A stretch of 64,000 nt of DNA from Gemmatimonadota bacterium (GTDB taxonomy: Bacteria > Gemmatimonadota > Gemmatimonadetes > Palauibacterales > KS3-K002), in NCBI GenBank assembly GCA_039586795.1, contig JBDHJS010000001.1:1-64000 (forward strand), in the 5' to 3' direction. Of the stretch, positions 37,111 to 47,206 are shown one piece after another. How positions within the stretch are numbered: the first letter of the stretch is position 1; the number at the start of each line of letters is the position of its first letter. The position numbers were made by a program, and so were the translations under genes. Under the pieces are notes generated by a model, which was not told the DNA's origin, searched no databases, and saw nothing but the letters and a program-made list of their open reading frames with translations.

Positions 37111-37806
37111 CTATCTCTTCTTCAAGATCTTCTCAATTCTCTTCCAAGGGGTGTTCCATACCAGCAAGCCGTTGAACGCCGATACGTGGGTGATCGAGCC
37201 GACGATCTTGAACCCGGCTCTCAACGACGACTTGAGCGACGGGATCTTCGAAGGCGCGATCACGCTGCAGCGGACATTAATGCCGTTTGCCCGGCAGTGC
37301 TCCTCGATCTCGTGTCGGATCATGTCCGCCAAACCACGCCCGCGATACTCGGGTGTAACTTCTATGTAGTGAGTGAACATGATGTCGGCCGCTAAAATCC
37401 GCTTACGACCCAACGCAGAGAAGACCCCGCGCTCACAGATACAGTAGCCCACCACGTTCTTCTCACTCTCGAGACCAGGCGACCGCGTCGCCAGAAAGAC
37501 CAGACAACCTTCCTCCAGCCTGCCTTCGAGATCTTCGAATGAATCGCGCAACGAAGGCGGCATCTCCACCCGCCCCTCTCGTAGCGCGGCCACCGATTCA
37601 AAAAGAACGCATTCAGCGTCGCCCGAGGCCGCTACACCCGGCGGCACATCGACGGCGTCCACCGCTTTCGCGACGATGTATTGCTTTCGGCGACGATAGA
37701 GCCAAGACATAAGATCGAACTGCCATAGTGAGGGCGGCCACGTCAAAAATACCGCCACCGAGACAGTCAGGAAACGAGAAGCCCCCGCTTGCCGAAGGCC
37801 CATCAT
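37111..37806 (-). CDS. GNAT-family N-acetyltransferase
   Basis: V.PEYRGRGLA acetyl-CoA motif and terminal AGF; start uncertain. Confidence 0.65.
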   Translation of the reverse strand: MMGLRQAGASRFLTVSVAVFLTWPPSLWQFDLMSWLYRRRKQYIVAKAVDAVDVPPGVAASGDAECVLFESVAALREGRVEMPPSLRDSFEDLEGRLEEGCLVFLATRSPGLESEKNVVGYCICERGVFSALGRKRILAADIMFTHYIEVTPEYRGRGLADMIRHEIEEHCRANGINVRCSVIAPSKIPSLKSSLRAGFKIVGSITHVSAFNGLLVWNTPWKRIEKILKKR

Positions 37807-37868
37807 TCGTGTCTCTTGTGAACGGAATCGCTAGCCCGTCGGCGTGACAACCTTTGGAGAGCGTGTGG

Positions 37869-40205
37869 ATGAAAACGTTCGTGTCCTGCATTCCCGCAAC
37901 GATCCTGTGCGGTGCCGTCTTCGGCATCGCCAGCGTTGATCACGTCGCAGCTCAGGCCACCGACCCGCAGACACGCTCCGCTTCGTGGGATCGACACGTC
38001 GCGCTTGAGCGCGAATCGCCGTTGAGTGAATTCCCCTGGAAGGCCGTCGGTCCGAAGCAGGCAGGGGCCCGGGTGGAAGCGATCGCCGTGCCGCCCGGCA
38101 ACCATGGAACCATCTACGTTGGCGTCGGTTCTGGCAACCTGTGGAAGACGGAGAACAACGGGCTCACCTGGCGACCCATCTTCGAGAAGCAATCGACGTT
38201 CACCATCGGCGATGTCGCCGTCTCACCTTCGAACCCGGACGTCGTCTGGGTGGGCACCGGCGAGACGCAACCGCGACATAGCGGCTACTCGTATGCGGGG
38301 ACCGGCGTCTTCAAGTCGACCGACGCCGGTGAAACCTGGCGAAACATGGGGCTCCGAGACACGCATCATATCGGGAAGGTCCTCATCCACCCCACCGATC
38401 CGTCCATCGTTTACGTCGCCGCCATCGGCCACTTCTGGTCGCGCAACGCGGAGCGCGGCGTGTTTCGAACCAGCGATGGCGGTGAGAGCTGGGAGCACGT
38501 CCTGTCCGTCAGCGACCGAACCGGCGCCGTGGACCTGGTCATGGATCCCTCAGATCCCGCGACTCTCTACGCATCGGCGTGGCAGAGTGTGAGTGGCGAG
38601 CCAACGGTGGCCGGCCCGGAGAGCGGGATCTACAAGAGCACGGACGGTGGCACGTCATGGACGAAACTCACCGCAGGTCTGCCCGCCGGCCCCCTCGGCC
38701 GTATCGGTCTCGACGTCGCGCCCGGCAGGCCGAACGTCGTCTACGCCTTCATCGACAACTGGAACGAGTACACCGGCGAACAGGACCCCGACCGGCCGCG
38801 GGAGATCATCGGCGGCGAGGTCTACCGGTCCGACGATCGCGGCGCTTCCTGGCTTAAGGTGAGCGGCGACGACGTCTACCAGGTCTTCCGAATCTACGGT
38901 TGGAAGTTCACCGACATCCGCGTGTTTCCGGATGACGAAGACGAGATCTTCATCCTCGGTCTGCGCGCCTTTTATTCTGCCGACGGCGGCCGCACCTTCG
39001 AGCGCATCGGCGAGCAGATCATCCGCATGCACGACACGCAGGGACTGATCATGCATCTCGATCACCACGAGATCTGGATCGATCCTCTGAACCCTGACCG
39101 CATCCTGCTGGGCAACGACGGCGGCCTCTTCCAATCCTATGATCGTGGAAGAAGCTGGCTGCACATCAACAACATCCCGGCGGCGGAATTCTATGCGGTG
39201 TCCGTCGACATGGCCGAGCCCTATCGGATCTACGGCGGCACCCAGGATAACGCGGCGCTCTACGGTCCCAGCGATACCGAGCTCGAAGACGCGACGGATG
39301 ATCCGTGGGAAAACGTCTACCTGGATCGCTGGACGGGCGGCGACTCGTTCGATACGTACCTCGATCCCACCGACAGCACCATCGTCTACTACGAACACCA
39401 GCACGGCGCTATGCGTCGCATGGACATCACGGATGATTCGGTGCTCACCGGCTCCGCGGAGGGCATCCGGCCCCGGCCGCCGGAGGACAGCGAGGAGCAT
39501 TGGCGCTTCGGTTGGTACACGCCGATCGTAATCTCGCACTACGATCCGTACACGCTCTACGTCGGCGGTAATCGCCTCTTCAAGTCGACGAACCGCGGCG
39601 ACGAGTGGCAGCCGATCAGCCCCGACTTATCCGACGAGGCCGGCGGCCAGCGCGCCGTCGTTCCCTTCGGCACGATCACCATGATCTCGGAATCCCAATT
39701 GCAGCCCGGGTTGATCTACGTGGGCACGGAGGGCGGCAGCGTTTGGCTGACGCGTGACGAAGGCGAAAACTGGACGAAGGTGAGTGACGGGCTTCCGAAG
39801 AAGTGGGTGAGTCGCGTCGTCGCGTCAGAGCACGATCTGGGGACTGTCTACGTCTCGCTCACCGGTTTCCGAGAGGATGATTTCCGAACCTACATCTACC
39901 AGTCGAAGGACTTCGGAGAGTCATGGAGATCGATTTCCGGGAACCTCCCCGACGAATCGGTCAACGTGATTCGAGAGGACCCGCTCGAGTCGTTCATCTT
40001 GTATGCGGGGACCGATCTGGGCGTTTACGTCTCTCTGGACCGCGGAGGAAGCTGGCACTCGCTGTGCGCGAACCTGCCGACGACGCCGGTGCACGATCTC
40101 GTCATCCATCCAAGGGACGATGAGATCGTCATCGGCACTCACGGTAGAAGCGTCTTCGTGGCGGACCTGGCACCGCTTAGGGAGCTGACCGCACGCCGAC
40201 GTTAG
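37869..40205 (+). CDS. Exported VPS10/BNR-repeat beta-propeller (glycosyl hydrolase-like)
   Basis: Many S/T-x-D-x-G-x-T/S-W Asp boxes, GGTQDN, GTHGRS, signal peptide. Confidence 0.88.
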   Translation: MKTFVSCIPATILCGAVFGIASVDHVAAQATDPQTRSASWDRHVALERESPLSEFPWKAVGPKQAGARVEAIAVPPGNHGTIYVGVGSGNLWKTENNGLTWRPIFEKQSTFTIGDVAVSPSNPDVVWVGTGETQPRHSGYSYAGTGVFKSTDAGETWRNMGLRDTHHIGKVLIHPTDPSIVYVAAIGHFWSRNAERGVFRTSDGGESWEHVLSVSDRTGAVDLVMDPSDPATLYASAWQSVSGEPTVAGPESGIYKSTDGGTSWTKLTAGLPAGPLGRIGLDVAPGRPNVVYAFIDNWNEYTGEQDPDRPREIIGGEVYRSDDRGASWLKVSGDDVYQVFRIYGWKFTDIRVFPDDEDEIFILGLRAFYSADGGRTFERIGEQIIRMHDTQGLIMHLDHHEIWIDPLNPDRILLGNDGGLFQSYDRGRSWLHINNIPAAEFYAVSVDMAEPYRIYGGTQDNAALYGPSDTELEDATDDPWENVYLDRWTGGDSFDTYLDPTDSTIVYYEHQHGAMRRMDITDDSVLTGSAEGIRPRPPEDSEEHWRFGWYTPIVISHYDPYTLYVGGNRLFKSTNRGDEWQPISPDLSDEAGGQRAVVPFGTITMISESQLQPGLIYVGTEGGSVWLTRDEGENWTKVSDGLPKKWVSRVVASEHDLGTVYVSLTGFREDDFRTYIYQSKDFGESWRSISGNLPDESVNVIREDPLESFILYAGTDLGVYVSLDRGGSWHSLCANLPTTPVHDLVIHPRDDEIVIGTHGRSVFVADLAPLRELTARRR

Positions 40206-40210
40206 TTCTG

Positions 40211-40795
40211 CTAGCGGCTCCCGCCCAGCTGCTTGCCAACCACCAGCCGGAACTGCAGGGAGTTGTTCTTCGTGCTGCTGTTCTCGAACACGTCGGACAA
40301 TCCCCACACCCAACGCGTATCGATTCCGACGAACACTCCGTTGTCCATCCACTTACCGAACATGAGTCCGACCGGTATCGTCCACTGCGTGCTCTTGACG
40401 TCCGGACACGCATCGACAACCCCGCTCGTGCTACACGACACCTCGAACCCGACGCTGACGCCGCCGTAACCCCGGACGATCGTCCCCCAGCCCCCGACGA
40501 TCCCTCCACCGATCAACAGCGGAATGTCGATGTAACTCACGCGGGTGTTGTTGCCGCCCATCTGGACCCAGTTGGCTTCCAAGTTCGCCTGGACGTTTTG
40601 GCCAAAAGTGCGGCCGATCATCAGGCCGGCTGTCCCGCCCCAGATGGTGTTGCTGAAGAACCCACTAGTAGATGAATAGCTCACCGTGGCTCCACCCTGC
40701 ACGCCGGCTAGTGTGACACCGCTTTGCGCTTGCGCCAACGTCGCGACCGTCAGGGCGAGAGCGAGTGTCAGTCCGAGTATCTTTGACAATGTCAT
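40211..40795 (-). CDS. Porin-family outer-membrane beta-barrel
   Basis: Signal peptide AQAQ; WVQMG, SYIDIP and WGLSD motifs. Confidence 0.75.
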   Translation of the reverse strand: MTLSKILGLTLALALTVATLAQAQSGVTLAGVQGGATVSYSSTSGFFSNTIWGGTAGLMIGRTFGQNVQANLEANWVQMGGNNTRVSYIDIPLLIGGGIVGGWGTIVRGYGGVSVGFEVSCSTSGVVDACPDVKSTQWTIPVGLMFGKWMDNGVFVGIDTRWVWGLSDVFENSSTKNNSLQFRLVVGKQLGGSR

Positions 40796-40974
40796 CCTCT
40801 TCGTCTCCCACGTGTTGATGTTCGTGTCTGTCCGTCCAGTACACTTTCCCGCATGGTTTGGGCGTCCAATTTCGCGACAGGAGAGGTCAGCGGCAAGGAG
40901 GGTCTAGCCTCTGGCACTCGGCAAGGACGCTGGAGTATTGCGCTCCCCTTACCTTCGTTCCAGACTGAAGGCCC

Positions 40975-42441
40975 ATGAGCCACGAGACCGAGATCCGTTC
41001 CCTGCCCTGGCGCTACCGGCTAGACGTGCTATCGCCGGATGAGCTCGCCGAAGTCCACGGCCGGACGGTGGATGTCCTCCACGAGATCGGCATCGAGGTG
41101 GGCTCGCCGGCAATCCTCGAGCAGCTTGCGGCAGCCGGAGCCGCCATCGACCTGGAGTCGAGACGTGTGCGCTTCCCCCGCGAGATGACCGAGACGGCGG
41201 TCGCTCGCGCGCCACGTAACATCACCTTCGCGTCTCGATCACCGGGCTGCGATTTGGAACTGGACGGCCAGCGCGGATACATGAGCGTCGATGGCTGCGC
41301 CTCCGATGTCATCGACCTCGACACCGGCGATCGTCGACCCTCTACGAAAGCTGATGTGGCCACCATCACACGGGTCGCCGATGCATTGCCAGAGATCGGA
41401 TTTGTCTGGCAGCCGGCAGCGGCCCGGGATGTGCCGGCCCCGGTCCAATCTCTGCACGAGTTGCACGCCCAGTTGGCCAATACCGGCAAGCACATTCAGA
41501 TGATGACCGCGGCCGAGCCGAACGCTGCCCGGGGTGTGGTCGAGATCGCTCGGCTGGCGGCCGGCGGTGACTCGGAGCTACGGCAGCGGCCCATCATCTC
41601 GAACTTCCAGTGCAGCACCAGCCCGCTGATGTACGACGGCGGCGCCGTGGAGGCCGCCATCATCTTCGCCGAGGCCGGCGTGCCCTGCGGCTTCGTCGTC
41701 ATGCCCATCGCCTGCGCGACGGGGCCGGCCACATGGGGCGGCACGCTGGTCCAGTCCAACGCGGAGGTGTTGGCCGGGATCGTGATCCTCCAGACGCTGG
41801 TGCCTGGAGCGCCGACCTTCTACGGGTCGTGCGCGACGGTGATGGACCTGCGGTCCGGCGCCGCGGCGTGCGGCGGACCGGAAGATCTGCTGCTGCAGAT
41901 GGCGTCCGCTCAACTGGCGCGTCACTACGAAGTGCCTTCCTCCATCGGCACGTTCGCCACCGGTTCGAAGTCGCCCGACTGGCAGGCGGGACTGGAGAAC
42001 GGGCTGTCGGGTTTGGCCAGCGTGCTCTCCGGCGCCGACATGCTGTGCGGCGCCGGTCTGCTGTACGGCGCCCGCGTCTACTCGGCGGAGCAGCTGGTCC
42101 TCGATACGGAGATCTTCTCTCTGCTGAGGCACATGGTGGGTGAACCCATCGATGCGGGCGCGGGTCTGCTGGACGTCCTCGACGCCGCGGGACCGGGCGG
42201 AGAGTTTCTGAGTCAGCGGCACACACTAGAGACGATGCGCAGGTTATGGCTACCTCGGATGTTCGACCGCAGCGAGTGGTCGGAATGGGAGGCGGCGGGC
42301 AAGCCCGACCCGCGTGAGGCGGCGCGGGCGCGGTTGCGTCAGATCCTCGACGAACACAAACCCGACGTGCTGGATGCGGAATTGGACGCGGAGATTCGCC
42401 GCGTCATCCAACGCTATGAGGAACAAGGAGACAGCATCTGA
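40975..42441 (+). CDS. MttB-superfamily (non-pyrrolysine) substrate:corrinoid methyltransferase
   Basis: P.T..GTLVQ.NAE.LAG, PGAP..YG, MDLRSG, SK.PD.QAG.E and GPGG.FL...HT; no internal TAG. Confidence 0.9.
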   Translation: MSHETEIRSLPWRYRLDVLSPDELAEVHGRTVDVLHEIGIEVGSPAILEQLAAAGAAIDLESRRVRFPREMTETAVARAPRNITFASRSPGCDLELDGQRGYMSVDGCASDVIDLDTGDRRPSTKADVATITRVADALPEIGFVWQPAAARDVPAPVQSLHELHAQLANTGKHIQMMTAAEPNAARGVVEIARLAAGGDSELRQRPIISNFQCSTSPLMYDGGAVEAAIIFAEAGVPCGFVVMPIACATGPATWGGTLVQSNAEVLAGIVILQTLVPGAPTFYGSCATVMDLRSGAAACGGPEDLLLQMASAQLARHYEVPSSIGTFATGSKSPDWQAGLENGLSGLASVLSGADMLCGAGLLYGARVYSAEQLVLDTEIFSLLRHMVGEPIDAGAGLLDVLDAAGPGGEFLSQRHTLETMRRLWLPRMFDRSEWSEWEAAGKPDPREAARARLRQILDEHKPDVLDAELDAEIRRVIQRYEEQGDSI

Positions 42442-43082
42442 TGGAAGAGCTACTTGCATCCCTACGACAGGCAATCCTCACGCAAGATGAGGAAGGTGCG
42501 CTGAAGGCGACCCGCAGCCTGTTGGAGTCGAGCATCGACCCGCAGACGATCCTCGAGTCGGGTCTTACCGAGGCGATGCTCGAGCTGGGACGCAGGTGGA
42601 AATGCGGCGACGCGTTTCTTCCCGAGGTGGTCGTCGCCGCCGACATCTTCGCGCGCTGTAGCGAGCTGGTGGAGCCCGCCCTGCTCGAGCGTCGCGACGA
42701 TCGACTCCCCGCCCACCGCCTCGTGCTGGCCACGGTCCAGGGCGACCTGCACGACCTGGGCAAGAACATCGTGGGTGCGATGGCAAAGACCGTCGGCTTC
42801 GAGGTGGTCGACCTGGGCAAGAACGTGCCGACCGACCAGATCGTCGCCGCCGCCAAAGAGGCGAGCCCGTGCATCGTTGGGCTGAGCGCGCTGTTGACCA
42901 CCACCATGCCCCAGCAGAAGGTCGCCGTCGAAGCGATCAAGGCGGCGGGCCTCGGGCCGGCGGTGCGAGTGATCATCGGCGGAGCGCCGGTCACCAAGGA
43001 ATGGGCTGACGAAATTGGCGCTGACGGCTACGCGCCCGACGCCGCCAGCGCGACCGAGCTCGCGCTGTCACTCGTCGACTAG
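42441..43082 (+). CDS. Corrinoid (B12-binding) protein
   Basis: GDLHDLGKNIV (DxHxxG), SALLTTTM, IGGAP and GADGY. Confidence 0.95.
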   Translation: MEELLASLRQAILTQDEEGALKATRSLLESSIDPQTILESGLTEAMLELGRRWKCGDAFLPEVVVAADIFARCSELVEPALLERRDDRLPAHRLVLATVQGDLHDLGKNIVGAMAKTVGFEVVDLGKNVPTDQIVAAAKEASPCIVGLSALLTTTMPQQKVAVEAIKAAGLGPAVRVIIGGAPVTKEWADEIGADGYAPDAASATELALSLVD

Positions 43083-43095
43083 CCGGGGAGTTCAG

Positions 43096-43959
43096 GTGGA
43101 GACCGTCCTGCAATCACGCACTCGTTCCGTCACGATCGGACCGGAACACCCGTTCGTGATCATCGGCGAACGGATCAATCCCACCGGCCGGAAGCAGCTG
43201 ACCGAAGAGTTGCTCCGCGGCGACATGGAGACGGTGCGTGCGGACGCCATCGCCCAGGTTGGAGCCGGTGCCGATGTTCTCGACCTCAACGTCGGGGCGG
43301 TGGGCGCAGACGAAGTGCGCCTCTTGCCCGACGTGGTCACCGCCGTACAAGACGTCGTCGACGCGCCGCTCTGTATCGATTCGCCGAAGCACGATGCGTT
43401 GGAGGCGGCGCTGAAGGCCTGCGACGGCAAGCCGCTCGTCAACTCGGTTACCGGCGAAGATCACAGCCTCGATCGCATCTTGCCTAAGGTGCGTGAGCAC
43501 GGCGCGGCGGTGATCGGCCTGGCGCATGGCGACGCGGGCATCTCGATGAACCCGCCAGATCGCCTGGACGCGGCGCGCCGCATCGTGGAGCGAGCCGACG
43601 AGCTCGGCATCTCGGCCGAAGACGTCATCATCGATCCGCTGGTCATGTCGGTGGGCGCCGACCCGCAGGCGGCGGACATCGCACTCGAGACAATGCGCCT
43701 CGTACGTCAGGAGCTTGGCGCCAACCTCGTGTGCGGGCTGTCCAATGTCTCTCACGGCCTACCGGGTCGCGCCGATCTCAGCTCCGCGTTTCTCGCGATG
43801 GCCATCCAGGCCGGGCTCACGTGCGCTATCGCAAACCCGCAATCTCCGCAGGTGATGCGGATGGCCCGCACGGCGGAGGTGCTCGCCGGTCGCGACCCCT
43901 ACGCCAAGCGGTGGATCCGCGCCTACCGGGAGGAGATGGGCAGATCGGGGGGCGACTGA
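43096..43959 (+). CDS. Methylcorrinoid:tetrahydrofolate methyltransferase (pterin-binding, AcsE/MetH-domain type)
   Basis: IIGERINPTG, GADVLDLN, IDS, NSV, IDPL and GLSNVS.GLP; GTG 43096 after GGGGAG. Confidence 0.9.
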   Translation: METVLQSRTRSVTIGPEHPFVIIGERINPTGRKQLTEELLRGDMETVRADAIAQVGAGADVLDLNVGAVGADEVRLLPDVVTAVQDVVDAPLCIDSPKHDALEAALKACDGKPLVNSVTGEDHSLDRILPKVREHGAAVIGLAHGDAGISMNPPDRLDAARRIVERADELGISAEDVIIDPLVMSVGADPQAADIALETMRLVRQELGANLVCGLSNVSHGLPGRADLSSAFLAMAIQAGLTCAIANPQSPQVMRMARTAEVLAGRDPYAKRWIRAYREEMGRSGGD

Positions 43960-43964
43960 CCGGC

Positions 43965-45650
43965 ATGGGTTCGCCCGATCACGAGGTCCGCTTCCAATCC
44001 TCAGGAAGAACCGCTCGCGTGGCGAGCGAGACCAGCGTGCTGGCCGCGGCGGCCTGGGCCGGCGTCTCCGTCGATTCCGCCTGCGGCGGACACGGAACGT
44101 GCGGAGACTGCCGGGTCAGGATCGTCGAAGGCGCCGTTCCGATCACGCCCGCCGACGAACAACATCTCTCTGAGGCCGAACGCGTCGACGGCTGGAGATT
44201 GGCCTGCCGCGCGATGGTCCGCGGTGACGTTCTCTGCGAAGCCCCGGAACTCTCCGAGCACCCTCGCGCCGCGGTAGAGGGGATCGGACGCGACATCGCG
44301 GTCGAGCCGGCGGTCAGGCTCGAAACCGTCCCGACGGGAACCGCAATAGTTTGCGGCGACCACCAACTCGACGTCATCGAAGTCGGGTCACCCCGGGGGC
44401 TCTACGGCGTGGCTTTCGACCTTGGCACGACAACGGTAGCCGGCGCGCTCGTCGATCTCGTCGAAGGCGACGTCGTGGCCGCGACGAGCATGGTCAACCG
44501 ACAGGTCACCGCCGGGGCAGATGTAATCAGCCGTGCCGCCTTCGCCCGTGCGAACGCCGATGGCATCAGCCAGCTTCAGAGCATGGCCGTGCAAACTCTG
44601 AACGAACTGGTGCTCGTGTTGTGTGGTCAGGCAGGAATCTCGTCGGCTGGCGTGTACGAGACCGTCGTGACTGGCAACGCCATCATGCTTCACATCCTGC
44701 GTGGCCACGACCCGCACCCGCTGGCCGTGGCGCCATTCGAGCCGGCGTTCCGGGAAGCGCTCGACACTGAAGCCGCCGAGATCGGACTCGCCGGCCATCG
44801 ACAGGGACGACTGCAGACCTTCCCGATCATCGGAACGTATGCGGGCGGCGATACCGTGGCCGGCCTTCACGCCACCGACCTGGTACGAGGTGACCGCCCA
44901 CGGCTCCTGATCGACCTAGGCACGAACACCGAGGTGGGGCTCGGATGGAGCGGACGGGTCGTCGTCGCTTCGGCGCCCGCCGGACCCGCTTTCGAGGGCG
45001 GAAGCGTCCGCTGCGGGATGCCCGCGGTACGCGGGGCGATCGTTCGGGTGAAGATCGGCTCGGATGTCGACCTAGAAGTCATCGGCGGCGTAGCGCCGCG
45101 GGGCATCTGCGGCTCCGGGCTGGTGGACGCCGTCGCCCAACTGCGTCGCGCCGGTCTCCTCGATCGAACGGGTTTGCTGACTTCGAAAGATGAAGCGCCG
45201 GACCATCCACTGGCTGATCGCCTGAACACAATAGACGGCGCGCGGGTTTTTCGCCTGACCGACAACATCTACTTAAGCCAACTCGACATCCGGGAGTTGC
45301 AGTCGGCGATCGCCGCGGTGGCGGCAGCCACCCGGATCGTCATGGAGGAAGAAGAGGTCGATCCCGCCGATCTCGCCGACGTCTTCATTGCCGGCTCGTT
45401 CGGCGCCGCACTCGACCCGGCCAGCGCGAGGATCGTCGGGTTGGTGCCTTCCGTTTCTGATCACGTGGTTAGCAGCGTAGGCAACGCGGCGATCGAGGGC
45501 GCCAAGGCAGCGCTGATCTCGTTCCGTGAACGCCAGGTCGCGTTCCAGATTCCTTCCCACGCTGAATACGTGGAGCTGTCAGCCCACCCGAAATTCAACG
45601 ACACGTTCCTCGATGCGATGAAGTTCCCTGACTTGGAGGCGTTGTCATGA
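43965..45650 (+). CDS. ATP-dependent reductive activator of corrinoid proteins (2Fe-2S plus ASKHA, RACo type)
   Basis: CGGHGTCGDC, RLAC, DLGTTT, GADVISR, DLGTN.E, AGPAFEG, GICGSG and AGSFG. Confidence 0.92.
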   Translation: MGSPDHEVRFQSSGRTARVASETSVLAAAAWAGVSVDSACGGHGTCGDCRVRIVEGAVPITPADEQHLSEAERVDGWRLACRAMVRGDVLCEAPELSEHPRAAVEGIGRDIAVEPAVRLETVPTGTAIVCGDHQLDVIEVGSPRGLYGVAFDLGTTTVAGALVDLVEGDVVAATSMVNRQVTAGADVISRAAFARANADGISQLQSMAVQTLNELVLVLCGQAGISSAGVYETVVTGNAIMLHILRGHDPHPLAVAPFEPAFREALDTEAAEIGLAGHRQGRLQTFPIIGTYAGGDTVAGLHATDLVRGDRPRLLIDLGTNTEVGLGWSGRVVVASAPAGPAFEGGSVRCGMPAVRGAIVRVKIGSDVDLEVIGGVAPRGICGSGLVDAVAQLRRAGLLDRTGLLTSKDEAPDHPLADRLNTIDGARVFRLTDNIYLSQLDIRELQSAIAAVAAATRIVMEEEEVDPADLADVFIAGSFGAALDPASARIVGLVPSVSDHVVSSVGNAAIEGAKAALISFRERQVAFQIPSHAEYVELSAHPKFNDTFLDAMKFPDLEALS

Positions 45651-46252
45651 CCCGCCCGGCCCGGCCGGCGCCGCTGGCGATCATCGTCTGCGGGGCGCTC
45701 GCCGTGGACGTGCGGCGCATCCTGGACGAACGCGATTGGCAGGCGGACGTGTACGGCGTGCCGGCGATCCATCACATGCACCCGCCGAAGATCGTCGAAG
45801 CTGTGGATACGCTGCTGGGCGAAGTAGCGGATCGCTATGACAAGGTGATCGTGGTCTACGGCGACTGCGGTACCTCGGGCGCGCTGGACCGAATGCTCGA
45901 ACGCCACCGCGCCGAGCGGACGGCGGGCGAGCACTGCTACGAGATCTACTGCGGATGCGGGTTCGGCGAACTGGCCCAACGCAGCCCGACCACCTATTTC
46001 CTCACCGACTACCTGGCCAAGAACTGGGACGAAGTCGTGGCCGCGGAGATGGGGTTCGATGAGAACCCAGCTCTCAAGGAGCGGTTCTTCGCCGGGTTCA
46101 CCTCGATGACCTACCTGAGACAGTCAGAGGACCCCGATCTGCTGGAGGCGGCAGAGCGCGTTGCCGCCTCGCTGGGTCTGCCGCTGGAGATCGAGACCGT
46201 CGGCCGCCGTGAACTCGAGGCCGAACTCGAGCGTTTGATCAGCAGCCGCTGA
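45647..46252 (+). CDS. DUF1638-family protein
   Basis: CGAL, H..P..I, YGDCGT.G.LD, HCYE and YFLTD.L motifs; typical neighbour of corrinoid genes. Confidence 0.8.
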   Translation: MTRPARPAPLAIIVCGALAVDVRRILDERDWQADVYGVPAIHHMHPPKIVEAVDTLLGEVADRYDKVIVVYGDCGTSGALDRMLERHRAERTAGEHCYEIYCGCGFGELAQRSPTTYFLTDYLAKNWDEVVAAEMGFDENPALKERFFAGFTSMTYLRQSEDPDLLEAAERVAASLGLPLEIETVGRRELEAELERLISSR

Positions 46253-46330
46253 CCCTGTCCGGTCACGCCCGGCTTCTGCGCATAAGGAAAGTAGGACCGC
46301 AGAAGGCCCCAATTACCAAGGAAGAGGCAC

Positions 46331-47116
46331 GTGACGCACGCACCTCCAGTACCCGACGTTGACGTCGAAACGCTCCGTTGCGAGATCCGCAACGAATACG
46401 CTGAAGTCGCCGAGAATCCCGGCCGCGGCTTCCATTTCCACACGGGCCGGCCCCTGGCGAAGATCCTCAGTTACGAAGAAGCTTTGCTAGACGCCGTACC
46501 CGAGAGCGCCATCGAGTCGTTCGCCGGCACCGGCAACCCGTTCAGCCTGGGCGCGATCGCGCCGGGCGCTCGGATCGTCGATATCGGCTCCGGCGCGGGA
46601 ATCGACTCCCTCATCGCCGGACACCTAGCCGGCACCTCCGGCCACGTCATCGGGGTCGACATGACACCCGAGATGCTGGAGAAAGCGACACAGGCCGCGG
46701 AACAGGCGGGCATGGCCCAGGTCGAGTTCCGAGAGGGCTACGCCGAGGCGCTGCCGGTCGACGACGGCTGGGCGGATCTCGTCATCTCGAACGGCGTCAT
46801 TAACCTCTGCCCGGACAAGGTTGCCGCATTCGGCGAGATGCACCGCGTCTTGAAGCCGGGCGGCCGTATCCAGATCGCCGACATCCTGGTGCAGAAGGCC
46901 GTTCCCCTCGATGCGAAGCGCGACATCGATCTCTGGAAGGGTTGAATCGCGGGCGCTCTGCTGGAGGCAGAGCTTCAGGCGACGGTGGAGGCGGCGGGCT
47001 TCCACGGGTTCGAGATCACCTGGCGCGATGACGTCTTCGCCGGCGCACCACAGCAGTCGAGCGCCGCCGCTTTCGGGACGCTGGGGATCAACTTCCGCGC
47101 CGCGAAAGCCCGATAG
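46331..47116 (+). CDS. Putative selenocysteine-containing ArsM-like SAM methyltransferase (UGA at 46943-46945 read as Sec, 261 aa)
   Basis: DIGSGAG.D, GVDMT.EM and RVLKPGG; frame continues WKG-UGA-IAGALL...AAGF for 56 codons to TAG 47114-47116; SECIS-like hairpin follows. Confidence 0.85.
46946..46973 (+). promoter_or_regulatory. Candidate bacterial SECIS element
   Basis: GCTCTGC (46955-46961), loop TGGAG, GCAGAGC (46967-46973); 16 nt between UGA and loop; G at loop position 2. Confidence 0.75.
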
Positions 47117-47206
47117 TCCGGTCTTCAGAGCATCCGGCTCGGGAGTGAGTTCCGAAGTGCTCAACGCAACATGGACTTCTCGGCCCCGCGGAGCCCGGGC
47201 CGCGAG

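Noticed and set aside
40870..40960. Partial resemblance to a SAM-I riboswitch (GAGGG..GCC...CGGCAA) upstream of the methyltransferase operon, with direct repeat CGGCAAGGA at 40891 and 40919
   Set aside because: The P1 ATC/GAT helix and the GCAACC and GTGC core elements are not present. The 9-bp repeat may be an operator but is unsupported. An Rfam scan would decide.
40975..42441. Pyrrolysine recoding in the MttB homologue
   Set aside because: The ORF is full length with no in-frame TAG.
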